A stretch of 64,000 bases of DNA from NCBI GenBank assembly GCA_026389845.1, contig JAPLHB010000188.1, positions 51,026-115,025 on the forward strand, written 5' to 3'. This document shows, piece after piece, positions 28,687 through 39,000 of the stretch. Under the pieces are notes generated by a model. That model was given only the letters and a program-made list of their open reading frames with translations. It had not been told where the DNA came from and ran no database searches. This stretch comes from Chloroflexota bacterium. Lineage in GTDB: Bacteria > Chloroflexota > Anaerolineae > CG2-30-64-16. The position numbers and the translations under genes are program-made. Positions within the stretch are counted from its first letter, which is position 1; every line of letters begins with the position of its first letter.

Positions 28687-30126
28687 ATGTCCATCTCCAC
28701 CCTGATTAAATCCATCCAGGACATCATGCGCCAGGACGCGGGCGTGGACGGCGACGCGCAGCGCATCTCGCAGCTCGTCTGGATGCTGTTCCTGAAGATT
28801 TACGACGACAAAGAGCAGGAATACGAGATCGGGCCGCGTTACGTCTCGCCCATCCCCGAGCGGCTGCGCTGGCGCACGTGGGCGGCCGACGACGAAGGGA
28901 TGACCGGCGACGAACTGCTGGCGTTTATCAACAACGAGCTGTTCCCCGGCTTGAAAGAACTCAAACTGGGGCCGGGCGACGACCCGCGGGGCTTCGTCGT
29001 GCGCGATGTCTTTGTTGACGCGTACAACTACATGAAGTCGGGCACGCTGCTGCGCCAGGTGATCAACAAGATCAACGGCATTGACTTCAACGCGCTGGAA
29101 GACCGGCACCTCTTCAACGACCTCTACGAGAAGATCCTGCGCGACCTGCAGAGCGCGGGCAACGCGGGCGAGTACTACACCCCGCGCGCGGTGACGCAGT
29201 TCATGGTGGACATGACCGACCCGCGGCTCGGCCAGGTCGTGCTCGACCCCGCGTGCGGCACCGGCGGCTTCCTGGTCTGCGCATTGGAGTACCTGAAGCA
29301 GCAAGCCCGAACGCCGGACGACCTGCGGAAGCTCGGCCTCGCCATCCGCGGGGTCGAGAAGAAGCCGCTGCCGCACCTGCTGTGCATCACCAACCTGATT
29401 CTGCACGACATCGAGGTGCCGCAGATTGATCGGGACAACGCGCTCTCGCGGCGGCCCTATCGCAGCTACGGCGACGCCGACCGGGTGGACGCCATCCTGA
29501 CCAACCCACCCTTCGGCGGCATGGAGGAGCCGGGCGTGGAGAGCAACTTCCCGGCCCAGTTCCAGACCAAGGAGACCGCGGACCTGTTCCTGGCATTGAT
29601 CGTCCATCTCCTGAAAGACGGCGGCCAGGGCGCGATCGTGCTGCCCGACGGCTCGCTCTTCGGCGAAGGGGTGAAGACGCGGCTGAAGGAGCACCTGCTG
29701 GAACGCTGCAACCTGCACACCGTGGTGCGGCTGCCCAACGGCGTCTTTGCGCCCTACACCGACATCAACACCAACCTGCTCTTCTTCACCAAGGGAGAGC
29801 CGACGCGCGAGGTGTGGTATTTCGAGCACCCGCTGCCCGCGGGGTACAAGAAGTACACCAAGACCCGGCCCATTCGCATCGAGGAGTTCGACGGGGAGAA
29901 GGCGTGGTGGCACGACCGGCAGGAGAGCGTGTACGCCTGGCGCGTGACCTTCGACGAGATCAAGGCGCGCAGCTACAACCTGGACATCAAGAACCCCAAC
30001 AGCATTGACGCCGCCCATGGCGACCCGGCCCGGCTGCTGGCCGATTATCGCCGGCTGGAAGCCGAGATCGCCGCGGCCCGCGCCGCATTGAAGGCGGAAC
30101 TGATGGCCGCATTGGAACGCGGCTGA
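28687..30126 (+). CDS. hsdM: type I R-M N6-adenine methyltransferase M subunit
   Basis: GEYYTPR, DPACGTGGFL, NPPF. Confidence 0.95.
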   Translation: MSISTLIKSIQDIMRQDAGVDGDAQRISQLVWMLFLKIYDDKEQEYEIGPRYVSPIPERLRWRTWAADDEGMTGDELLAFINNELFPGLKELKLGPGDDPRGFVVRDVFVDAYNYMKSGTLLRQVINKINGIDFNALEDRHLFNDLYEKILRDLQSAGNAGEYYTPRAVTQFMVDMTDPRLGQVVLDPACGTGGFLVCALEYLKQQARTPDDLRKLGLAIRGVEKKPLPHLLCITNLILHDIEVPQIDRDNALSRRPYRSYGDADRVDAILTNPPFGGMEEPGVESNFPAQFQTKETADLFLALIVHLLKDGGQGAIVLPDGSLFGEGVKTRLKEHLLERCNLHTVVRLPNGVFAPYTDINTNLLFFTKGEPTREVWYFEHPLPAGYKKYTKTRPIRIEEFDGEKAWWHDRQESVYAWRVTFDEIKARSYNLDIKNPNSIDAAHGDPARLLADYRRLEAEIAAARAALKAELMAALERG

Positions 30127-30134
30127 TTTTCGAT

Positions 30135-30268
30135 TGTCGTGCTGAGCGGGTCGACGAGCCAAGGTCCATTACGGCGGAAATCCAGCGAAGCATCTCTTGG
30201 CGGCAACGAGACCCTTCGCTGGCGTTGTGTTGTTATTAGTGTTGAGTCGTTAACCCGCTCAGGGTGAC
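30135..30268. repeat. TGTCA-CTGAGCG palindromic element between hsdM and hsdS
   Basis: tgtcgtgctgagcgggt ... acccgctcagggtgaca. Confidence 0.75.
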
Positions 30269-30291
30269 AAACGCGCCGGAAATGAGAACTC

Positions 30292-31989
30292 ATGTCCCTT
30301 GACCTGCTCCTCCAAAACTTCGAGACCCTGATCCGCACGCCGGAGGACGTGGCGCGGCTGAACGAGGCCATCCTGGGGCTGGCCGTGCAGGGCAAGCTCG
30401 TGCCGCAAGACCCGGCCGACGAGCCGGCGAGCGAGTTGTTGAAGCACATCCGCGCGGAGAAGCGGCGGTTGGGGAAGGAAGGGAAGCTGCAGGAGTCGAA
30501 GGTGTCGCGGCGGATTGAACCGGCAGACATGCCTTACGACTTGCCGGAGTCGTGGGAATGGGTGCGCTTGGGTGATGCTGGGATTATCAACCCGAGAAAC
30601 AATGCGGACGACGATCTTCCTGTCTCTTTCATTCCCATGACTCTGATTCGCGATGGAATTGGCGGCGGCCACACGGCCCAAGAAGCGCTCTGGCGGGATA
30701 TCAAGAAGGGATTCACGCATTTTGCCGAGGGTGACGTAGGCGTGGCGAAGATCACTCCCTGCTTCCAAAATCGGAAGTCCACGGTTTTTCGAGGACTTAC
30801 GAATGGCATAGGCGCCGGAACTACCGAGCTACACATCTTTCGCCCCCTTGCGGACACTGTCCTGGCTGAATACGTGTTGGCTCTCGTGCAAACACCGCAG
30901 TTTATCGAAAACGGTAAGGCCAGCATGACCGGCACGGCCGGACAGCAGCGTGTTTCCAGAAGCTACGTGGAGGAAGCACTCTTTCCCCTCCCTCCTCTCG
31001 CCGAGCAGCGCCGCATCGTTGCCAAAGTCGAGTCCCTCTTCGCGCAGACCCGCGACCTGGAGGCCAAGCTGCGGCAGGCCCAGGCCGACATCGTGACCGT
31101 CAACCGCGCCGCGCTGCATCGGTTGAGCGTCGCGGCGGACGCCGACGCGTTCGCGGCCGCGTGGGCCACCGTGGCTGACGCCTTCGATCTGCTCTACGAC
31201 GATCCGCGCAACGTCGCCGAGCTGCGCCAGGCGATCCTCCAGTTGGCGGTGCACGGCAGGCTCGTGCCGCAGGATCCCAATGACGAGCCGGCGAGCGAGT
31301 TGCTCAAACGCATTCGCGCAGAGAAGCGGCGGTTGGTGAAGGAAGGGAAGATTAACGAGGACATTCCGCTGCCACCCATTCATCCCAATGAAATCCCGTT
31401 TGGGTTGTCCAAAGGCTGGATGTGGTATCGATTGGGTGATGCGATTAGGTTCATTGATTATCGTGGCAAGACGCCTACGAAAACCGAGTCCGGAATGCGA
31501 TTGCTCACGGCCAAGAATGTCAAGATAGGTTACCTGAGCCAAGAACCAAGAGAGTTCGTTGATCCCAGTATTTATGATAGTTGGATGACGCGGGGCATTC
31601 CCAAGAAAGGCGATCTTCTGTTCACGACAGAAGCTCCTCTGGGTAATCTCGCATTGCTTGATTCGGAGGAGAAGACCGTTCTGGCGCAGCGCATAATCAC
31701 CATGCAGCCATACGGTGCCGACTTCTGCACCGCTTACCTGTTGTATGCTCTGATGAGTCCTCCTGTTCGCAGCCTTATTTACGCCAAAGCTACGGGTACC
31801 ACGGCCCTTGGTATAAAGGCGACCCGGCTGAAACTGGTGCTTATTCCCTTTCCACCTCTCGCCGAACAGCACCGCATCGTCGCCAAGGTTGACCAGCTCA
31901 TGCGGCTGTGCGACACGTTGGAGGCCGGGCTGGCGCGGGCGGGGGTGCAGGGGCGGGCGCTCGCGGCGGCGGTGATGGGCGGTGATTGA
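30292..31989 (+). CDS. hsdS: type I R-M specificity subunit
   Basis: two copies of AIL.LAV.G.LVPQDP.DEPASELL and PPLAEQ.RIVAKV flanking two lower-GC TRDs. Confidence 0.95.
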   Translation: MSLDLLLQNFETLIRTPEDVARLNEAILGLAVQGKLVPQDPADEPASELLKHIRAEKRRLGKEGKLQESKVSRRIEPADMPYDLPESWEWVRLGDAGIINPRNNADDDLPVSFIPMTLIRDGIGGGHTAQEALWRDIKKGFTHFAEGDVGVAKITPCFQNRKSTVFRGLTNGIGAGTTELHIFRPLADTVLAEYVLALVQTPQFIENGKASMTGTAGQQRVSRSYVEEALFPLPPLAEQRRIVAKVESLFAQTRDLEAKLRQAQADIVTVNRAALHRLSVAADADAFAAAWATVADAFDLLYDDPRNVAELRQAILQLAVHGRLVPQDPNDEPASELLKRIRAEKRRLVKEGKINEDIPLPPIHPNEIPFGLSKGWMWYRLGDAIRFIDYRGKTPTKTESGMRLLTAKNVKIGYLSQEPREFVDPSIYDSWMTRGIPKKGDLLFTTEAPLGNLALLDSEEKTVLAQRIITMQPYGADFCTAYLLYALMSPPVRSLIYAKATGTTALGIKATRLKLVLIPFPPLAEQHRIVAKVDQLMRLCDTLEAGLARAGVQGRALAAAVMGGD

Positions 31990-32099
31990 AATCACCGCCT
32001 GATATGCGGCGGAAAGTGCGTTGAAACGCACTGCGCGTCTCAGCGTCAACCCGTTTCGACGGGTTTTCGGTGTCAGCCTGCGGTTTCAACCGCAGGCTA
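31981..32099. repeat. four-hairpin REP/BIME-like cluster family D (inverted copy)
   Basis: ggtgattgaaatcacc, agtgcgttgaaacgcact, aacccgtttcgacgggtt, cctgcggtttcaaccgcagg. Confidence 0.8.
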
Positions 32100-32114
32100 T
32101 TTGGTTGTCCGTCG

Positions 32115-32909
32115 TCAAAACGGCAGCCCTAGCCGCGCGGTGAGGAACGCCCGCGCCGCAGCGATCGCCCACAGCTCGACCAGGGCCAGGACGAGGGCGA
32201 CTGCCAGCGGCGCGAGGAGTTCTCGCCAGCGCGTGGCTTGGCCCTCGCGGCGCAACAGGATCAGGACGATCATCAGATTGACCGCGGCGATCAGCGCGAT
32301 GACGGCCGCTCCGCTGAACAATGCCAGGGGGTAGAGCAGGGGCGGCCATTCGCTGCCCACCAGCCCTACGACAACGGCCCCGCCCGCCAGCAGCGCGACC
32401 AGATCGCGCCAGCTTCCGACCGACGCCGCGGGGCTGGGCGCAGCCCACAACGACAGGTTGAGTATCGGCAGCAGAAACGCGGCCAACGCCAGCCCCTCCA
32501 GCGCGCCCGTCGCCAGGCGGAGGAGGTTGGCAGGCTCGTAGAGGTGCGGCAGGTCGGTGAAGAAGCTCACATAGGAATTCAGCCCGTCCACGGCCCAGGC
32601 CAGGACGAACAGCGCAAAGAGGGCGATGTAGCGGCGCCCCGGAAGACCGCCCGCGCGCGTCCGTCCGGCCAGTGTCAGCGCGGCCAGTCCGGCCAGCGCG
32701 GCCAGATAGGTGCCGGAGCACCGGGCGCACAACGGCAGGGGCCGGCCCGCCACGACGAAGACGTGCCCCGGCAGCCGCGCACATACCGCATAGGCGGCAT
32801 GGTCGGCCTTGTCCAGCAGGCCGGCCGGCGGCGCCAACAACAGCGCCATCGCGCCGATCAACGCCAGGGCGGCCAGATAGCGATCCCACCAGCGCGCGTT
32901 CGTCTGCAA
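32115..32909 (-). CDS. DUF2085-like membrane protein
   Basis: YAVCAR...PLCARCSGTY; DGLNS; RLATG. Confidence 0.7.
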   Translation of the reverse strand: MQTNARWWDRYLAALALIGAMALLLAPPAGLLDKADHAAYAVCARLPGHVFVVAGRPLPLCARCSGTYLAALAGLAALTLAGRTRAGGLPGRRYIALFALFVLAWAVDGLNSYVSFFTDLPHLYEPANLLRLATGALEGLALAAFLLPILNLSLWAAPSPAASVGSWRDLVALLAGGAVVVGLVGSEWPPLLYPLALFSGAAVIALIAAVNLMIVLILLRREGQATRWRELLAPLAVALVLALVELWAIAAARAFLTARLGLPF

Positions 32910-32946
32910 ATTCCCCTCCTTTGTCCCTCAAAGATAATCTTGCGCT

Positions 32947-33155
32947 GTCATGCTGAGCGGGTTAACGAATAAAAGTCCGCGGCGACGAGACCCCAGCGAA
33001 GCATCTCTCTGCGCCATCGAGACCCCTTCGGCTTCGCTCAGAGCTTGCCCCTTCACTGCGTTTCAGGGCAAGCTCTGAACGCAGTGAAGGGGCAGACCCT
33101 TCGCTGGTGTCACGGCGTAGTGCATTGTTCGTCGTTAACCCGCTCAGGGTGACAA
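32947..33155. repeat. TGTCA-CTGAGCG palindromic element with nested micro-inserts
   Basis: tgtcatgctgagcgggtt ... aacccgctcagggtgaca. Confidence 0.75.
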
Positions 33156-33311
33156 TTGCCGAAGTTCATGGGCGACGGCGTGAAATAGCGCTGATCTCTA
33201 CTGCCCGGCATTATACCCGAGATTCGCGACGGACGCTACCTGCCGATTTTGGGGACAGGCGCAATCTACGGTATAATTTTTCACCTAATCCACAGAGAAA
33301 TTGGAGCAGGC

Positions 33312-33857
33312 ATGGCGATTCGTGAGATCATCTTTCTCGGCCACCCGACGCTACGCCGGAAGGCGCGCAAGGTGACCAAGTTCGGGCCGGAAGTAAAGCA
33401 GTTGATTGACGACATGATCGAGACGATGCGCGTGGCGCCGGGGGTGGGCCTGGCCGCGCCCCAGGTGAACGTGCTGGAACGGGTGATCGTGGTCGAAATG
33501 CCCGCCGACGAAGAAGAGGGCACACCGGCCGAGTTGTACGCCTTCGTCAACCCGGAGATTGTCAAGACGTCGCGCGAGACCGAGGAGGGCCTGGAAGGCT
33601 GCCTTTCGATCCCCGGCTTCACCGGCGACATCACGCGGCACACGATGGTCGTCGTGCGCGGGCAGGATGCTTACGGCAAGCCCCAGCGCGTTCGCGCCTA
33701 TGACTACCTGGCGCGCATCCTCCAGCACGAGATTGACCACCTGGAAGGGATCATGTTTATTGACCGGGTAGCCGACCCGTCCAAGATCCACAAGATCACG
33801 GATGAAGAGGCCGCCAACCCGACGCCCGAAATGGCCGAGGCGATGGCGTTTGCGTGA
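33312..33857 (+). CDS. def: peptide deformylase
   Basis: GVGLAAPQ, EGCLSIPG, QHEIDHLEG. Confidence 0.97.
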   Translation: MAIREIIFLGHPTLRRKARKVTKFGPEVKQLIDDMIETMRVAPGVGLAAPQVNVLERVIVVEMPADEEEGTPAELYAFVNPEIVKTSRETEEGLEGCLSIPGFTGDITRHTMVVVRGQDAYGKPQRVRAYDYLARILQHEIDHLEGIMFIDRVADPSKIHKITDEEAANPTPEMAEAMAFA

Positions 33858-33957
33858 GGACGACGAATGACGGCGGACCAACGACGAACGACCGCTGTCG
33901 CCAACAACCGTCCTTCGTCTTTCGTCCTTCGTCACAATGACACGGAGTTGCTGACTG

Positions 33958-34521
33958 ATGGACATCTTCGACACCATCGCCGCCCGCCACAGCGTCCGCA
34001 CCTACAAGCCCGACCCGGTGCCGGATGAGCTGATCGGCCGGTGCCTGGAAGCGGCGCGGGTGGCGCCGTCGTGGCGCAACGGGCAGTGCTGGCGGTTCGT
34101 GGTGGTGCGGGAGCCGGCGACTATCGAGAAGCTGGCCGCCCAACGGGTCTACGGCTACCGGATCAACGCCTGGCTGCGCACCGCGCCGGTTGTGATCGTG
34201 GCCTGTGCCGAGCCGGGCGAGAGCGGCCAGCATACCGATCTGCCCTACTGGGCGGTGGACACGGCCATCGCTTTGGAGCACCTGGTGTTGGCAGCCACGG
34301 CCCTGGGATTGGGGACGTGTTGGATCGGCGGCTTCGACGAGAAGACCGTGCGGGCGCTGCTTGCCGCGCCGGAGCGCATCCGGGTGGTCGCCTATACGCC
34401 GCTCGGCTACCCCGCCGAGGGTGAGGCGCTGATGGGACGGGCCGTCAAGGCCATCGCCCGCAGCCACAGCCGGAAGCCGCTGGAGAAGATCGTATTCCAC
34501 GAGCGGTGGCTCGAAAAGTAG
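33958..34521 (+). CDS. nitroreductase family protein
   Basis: R.SVR.Y, APS..N.Q.WRFVVV, LGLGTCWIG, LGYP. Confidence 0.92.
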   Translation: MDIFDTIAARHSVRTYKPDPVPDELIGRCLEAARVAPSWRNGQCWRFVVVREPATIEKLAAQRVYGYRINAWLRTAPVVIVACAEPGESGQHTDLPYWAVDTAIALEHLVLAATALGLGTCWIGGFDEKTVRALLAAPERIRVVAYTPLGYPAEGEALMGRAVKAIARSHSRKPLEKIVFHERWLEK

Positions 34522-34601
34522 GGGCAGGCACACGCCTGCCCCGGTCTTTGCGCCGCGCCGCGGTTGCGGGTATAATAAAGCTCAGTTGAAAAAGGGGGCG
34601 G

Positions 34602-35381
34602 GTGGACGTCAGCCAGGCGGTGACATTCAGGCGGTTCGAGAACGGCCGCAGCGAGACGGTCGAAGGCGCGGTCGTGCGCGAAGGCCGGGTGCGACTGCAC
34701 GTCAACGGCCGCGAGATCGCCACGCTGATGTGTACGCCTCATCAGATCGATTTATTGGCGCTCGGCTTTTTGCGCAGCGAAGGCATCATCGCGGGCCTGG
34801 CCGATGTCCGGCGGGTGGTGATCTGCCCCAGCGCTGCGTGCGTCGAGGTCTGGCTGCGCCGCGCCGAGTTCGAGCTGCCCGGCCCGCCGACAATCACCAG
34901 CGGGTGCGGCGGCGGCATCACCTTTGCCGATTTGACCGCGGCCGCGCAGCCGTTGACATCGGAATTGCGGGTGAGTGCACGGCAGTTGGGCCGCCTGCTG
35001 CGCGCCCTACAAGAAACGCAGCGAACGCGCGGCATCCACACCTCGGCCCTGGCCGAGGGCGAGACATTGCTGACCGTCGTGGAGGACGTGGGTCGGCACA
35101 ACACGATTGACAAGCTCTGGGGCTACTGCCTGACGCATGACATCTCCCCCCAGGAAAAGATTTTGCTCAGCACCGGGCGGATCAGCTCCGAGATGTTGAA
35201 CAAGGCTGCGCGCATGGGCGTGCCGGTCGTCGCCACCCGCACCTCGCCGACGAGTCTTTCGCTCGCCCTGGCCGAGGCCTGGCACGTGACCCTGGTCGGC
35301 TACGTCCGCCGCGACAGCCTCAATGTGTACACGGCGCGCGAGCGCGTCGTCGAGGAGGAGAGCACCGATGCACACTTGTGA
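34602..35381 (+). CDS. fdhD: formate dehydrogenase accessory sulfurtransferase
   Basis: MCTP, GFL..EG, TSGCG, EDVGRHN..DKL.G, GRISSEM..KAAR. Confidence 0.92.
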   Translation: MDVSQAVTFRRFENGRSETVEGAVVREGRVRLHVNGREIATLMCTPHQIDLLALGFLRSEGIIAGLADVRRVVICPSAACVEVWLRRAEFELPGPPTITSGCGGGITFADLTAAAQPLTSELRVSARQLGRLLRALQETQRTRGIHTSALAEGETLLTVVEDVGRHNTIDKLWGYCLTHDISPQEKILLSTGRISSEMLNKAARMGVPVVATRTSPTSLSLALAEAWHVTLVGYVRRDSLNVYTARERVVEEESTDAHL

Positions 35382-35850
35382 CGAAGCCTGGACCGCGTTG
35401 GATCGAAGTTTCAAGGAATTCATGGATTGCCTGGGGCAGTTGACCGAAGATGAGCTGACTTCGGCCCCGGTCGCGGGCAAATGGACGGTCAAGGATGTGG
35501 TCATCCACGTCTGGTCGTGGCTCGATGAGGCGATCCACACCGCGCAGGCGTGGCATGGGCCGCGGCCGTGGCAGAAGGGCGTGACCTATAACGATGCCTG
35601 GAACGAGAAACAGGTGGATGATCGGGCCGCCCTGCCGCTCATTACCGTAGTAGACGGCATCACCAGCGCACATCGTCGCCTGATGCACGTGCTGGATTCG
35701 GCCGATGCGGAGACGTTGGCGACGGTGGGGCGAGCGCCGTGGGGCGAGGAGATGCCGCTGGTGGAGTTCTTCTATGGCATGGCCGGGCACTACACGGAAC
35801 ACGTCGCTAACTTGAAGACGTACCAGGAGCGGTGTCTGAACGGCTGTTAG
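35368..35850 (+). CDS. DinB/ClbS-like four-helix protein
   Basis: WTVKDVVIHVWSW ... HY.EH. Confidence 0.75.
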   Translation: MHTCDEAWTALDRSFKEFMDCLGQLTEDELTSAPVAGKWTVKDVVIHVWSWLDEAIHTAQAWHGPRPWQKGVTYNDAWNEKQVDDRAALPLITVVDGITSAHRRLMHVLDSADAETLATVGRAPWGEEMPLVEFFYGMAGHYTEHVANLKTYQERCLNGC

Positions 35851-35877
35851 TCGGATGGCTGGATGGTATGCGGATGC

Positions 35878-35910
35878 AGCGTAGCCGGAGAAATCCGGCT
35901 ACGCTTTTTT
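35878..35910 (+). terminator. rho-independent terminator
   Basis: agcgtagccgga-gaaa-tccggctacgct followed by a T-run. Confidence 0.8.
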
Positions 35911-36022
35911 GTGCCACCGGGCAGCGTGGCGAATTTCACGCCGGCAACCTCATCTCAACCGCAAGTGTACCGGCGTGATGGTCGAGGCGGAGCCGTTCGG
36001 CGGCTTCAAGGTGTGGCATCCC

Positions 36023-39000
36023 TTATGGCGTCACGATCACCGGCAGCCAAAGGCTCAGGTAGGTCGCCGTGGTCTCGGCTGCCAGGCTGGGCGTCCCGCT
36101 CAGATTCATCACTTCCAAGCGGTAGGTGTAGACCACGCCGCGGTGGGCGCTTTGGTCGAGCCAGGTGTAGCGATGGCCATCCGATGAGCCAGGCGAGACG
36201 CTGGGGATCACCCGAGGGTTCAGCCGCACCCAGGGGCCGTCGGGGGGGGCGCAGCGATAGAGATTGAAGCCAAGCACGCCCAATTCGCTGATGGTCTCCC
36301 ATGCCAGGGTCACACCGGCGGCCGTCGCGTCCGCGGTGAAGGACTCCAGTTCCCCCGCCGTCGGCGAGAACTTGAACTCGTAGTCCTCCACCTCGCCGCC
36401 GAAGACCACGCCGTAAGGCACAAACTCCTGGGCATATCCCTCCGGGTAGAGCCGGAACCGAGAATACAGTTGTCTGTCCGCCACATAGTTGGATGGGATG
36501 CTGAGCGTCACAGTCTGGGCTGCGCTGATCACCGTGCCCAGGTCAACCGCCTCGCCCGCATCGGAGAAGTCCCCATCATCATTCCAGTCAAACCAGGCCC
36601 ACAAATAGCCGCTGCCGCTGGCTGTCACGGTGAGGGTTCTGCTTGCGCCTGCGGTCCAGGCCCCCTGGCTCGGCGGCACGATGCCATCGTTATCGGCCGG
36701 CGTGCCCACCGCGCCATCGTTTTCGATCAGGATCGTCGGCCCCAGGTGCAGTGTGCCCGTGATCACGTGGCGTGCGCCGTCTTGCGCCAACGTGGTGTCG
36801 GCGTAAACGGTCGGCAGGTTGCCGAAGTCCAACTGCGAGACCTCGCCGGCGCTGACGCCCGTCATCTGTTGATTCGTCGCCAGGGTAAGCTCGGCGGTCA
36901 GGCCGGTCGAATCGGCTTTGTTGTCAGCGATAACCGAGCTGAACGTAAAGCCCAGCCGCTGGTAGAAGCCCACCTGGTACTTTCCTGCCGCCAGGTTCCC
37001 GAAGCTGTAGGCGCCGTTCGCATCCGAGATGCTGTACGCGGTCTGGTCATCGCCGTCTCCCCACACGCCGTTAGCACCCGCATAGTAGAGCGTGACCGGG
37101 GTATTCGCCAGCACAGGTTCGCCCGTTTCCTTGACGCCATCGTTGTCATCCTCCCAGGTGACGCCGCTGATCGAGCCCATCGTCAACGTCATGACAGTGG
37201 GGTCGCCGGTCTCCCCTGTGGCCGGATCATCGGTGGCGAGGGAGTATGCGTTGGCGCTCGCCGCGTGGCCCTGGTTGGCGAGCGTGGCAAGCTGGAACGG
37301 CAGCGGATTGTTGACCGTCACGCGGTAGGTGATCGTGGCCGAGCCGCTGCCGGCCATGCTGGCAAAGGTCACGCTGACCGCTGTGCTGCTGCTCGTGTTG
37401 CTGCACGCCGGGGCACACGTTACGCTGCCCGCAACCAGCGTGGTGTTGGGATCCGGGGTGTCGTTGTACAAGACATTGTAGGCCGTGTTCGCGCCGTTGG
37501 TGATCACCACCTGGTATTTGAGCGTGTCCCCCGGCGAGACGCCGCCGCTGCTGTCCGCATCAATGAACGGCACAATGCGCGATGAGACGTCTGAGCTGCT
37601 CAGCGCGTCCTTGGTCGCGGTCAGGCTGGTCATGGCGACCAGGGTGTTGTTGTCTGTCGCCGAAGAAGCGGGGGTGGTCTCATAGGTGGCCGTGGCTGTG
37701 TTCGCGATCACGGTCCCGACAATAGCCCCGGAGTCAACCGTTCCCCTGACCGTATAGGTGACGCTGCCGCCGGCCAGGATGGTCGCCGTATTGGCGATGT
37801 TCCCGCTGCCGTCCGCCGTGCACGTGGAGCCGCTGCTGGCGGCGCACGTCCACGTCACATCCGTGATGGCGGCCGGGAACGTGTCCTGCACGCTGACGCT
37901 GGCGGCGTCGCTTTTCCCGGTGTTGCTCACGACGATGGTGTAGATATCCCCGCGCCCCGGCGCCAGGCCCGGATTCGGGCTGCTGGTCTTGTTGACCCCT
38001 AAAGTGACCTGTGGGGTCAGGCTGCGACTCACCGAACTGCTGTTGTTGGCCTGCGCCAGGTCGGTGATGCCGGCCGGCGGGGCGACCGTGGCCGTATTGG
38101 TCAGTGTGCCCGTGGCCGCCGGAGCGATCGTGCCCTGGATGGTGTAGGTGGCCGTAGCGCCCGAGGGCAAGCTGACGGTCTCATACAGCGGATTGCTACT
38201 CCCGCTGGTGTTCGTACATGTTCCGCCCGAAGAGACACAGGTCCAGGTCACACCGGTTACGGCTGCGGGGACCGTGTCCGAAACCACCGCCCCGGTGACG
38301 GCGTTCGGGCCGTTGTTGGTCACCAGGAGCTGGTACGTCACACCATCTCCGGGTGTGGTGCCGCCCGACACAACGCTCTTGACGATGGACAGATCAGCAG
38401 CCGGGAGCAGCTCCAGGCCGGCGCCGCTCTGTCCGCTGAGGGTCTTGCCATTGGCGTCCGCATAGGTCACAGCCGCCGAGTTCGCCAGCAGGGTACTGCC
38501 GGATGGCAGCACTGTCACCACGATCTGGTCGCTGCCCGTGCAGCCGTACTGGGCGCGGGCGGTCAGCGTGGCCGTGTAGACGCCAGGCGTGGTGTATTGA
38601 TGGGTAAAGGTATTGCTCAACTGATAATCCGCCGCCGGGCTGCCATCGCCGTAGGTGATCGTGTACGAATACGGTGTGCGCCCACCGATTGCCAGCTCGT
38701 TGGCTGAGAAGACCACATCCGTATCCTCCCGGACGGTGTTGGGGGCCGAGGCAAAGGGCCGCAAGCTGGTATATGCGGCGCCCAGGTTGAACAGCAGGCC
38801 GATGTGATCTTGTCCGCCCAGGGCGGCATGGCCGCCGTGGCGATTGTTGAGCAGTTGCACGGCCAGGATGTTGATGCCCGACTGGATGCCGGGTGTGGCA
38901 GTGAAGGAATCCGCGCCGCCTGCGCCGACCTCCTGGCCCAGATAGACGCCGTTCAAGTAGATGTCGGAGACGTCATCGCCAGCCAGCTCCAGGTTGGCGC

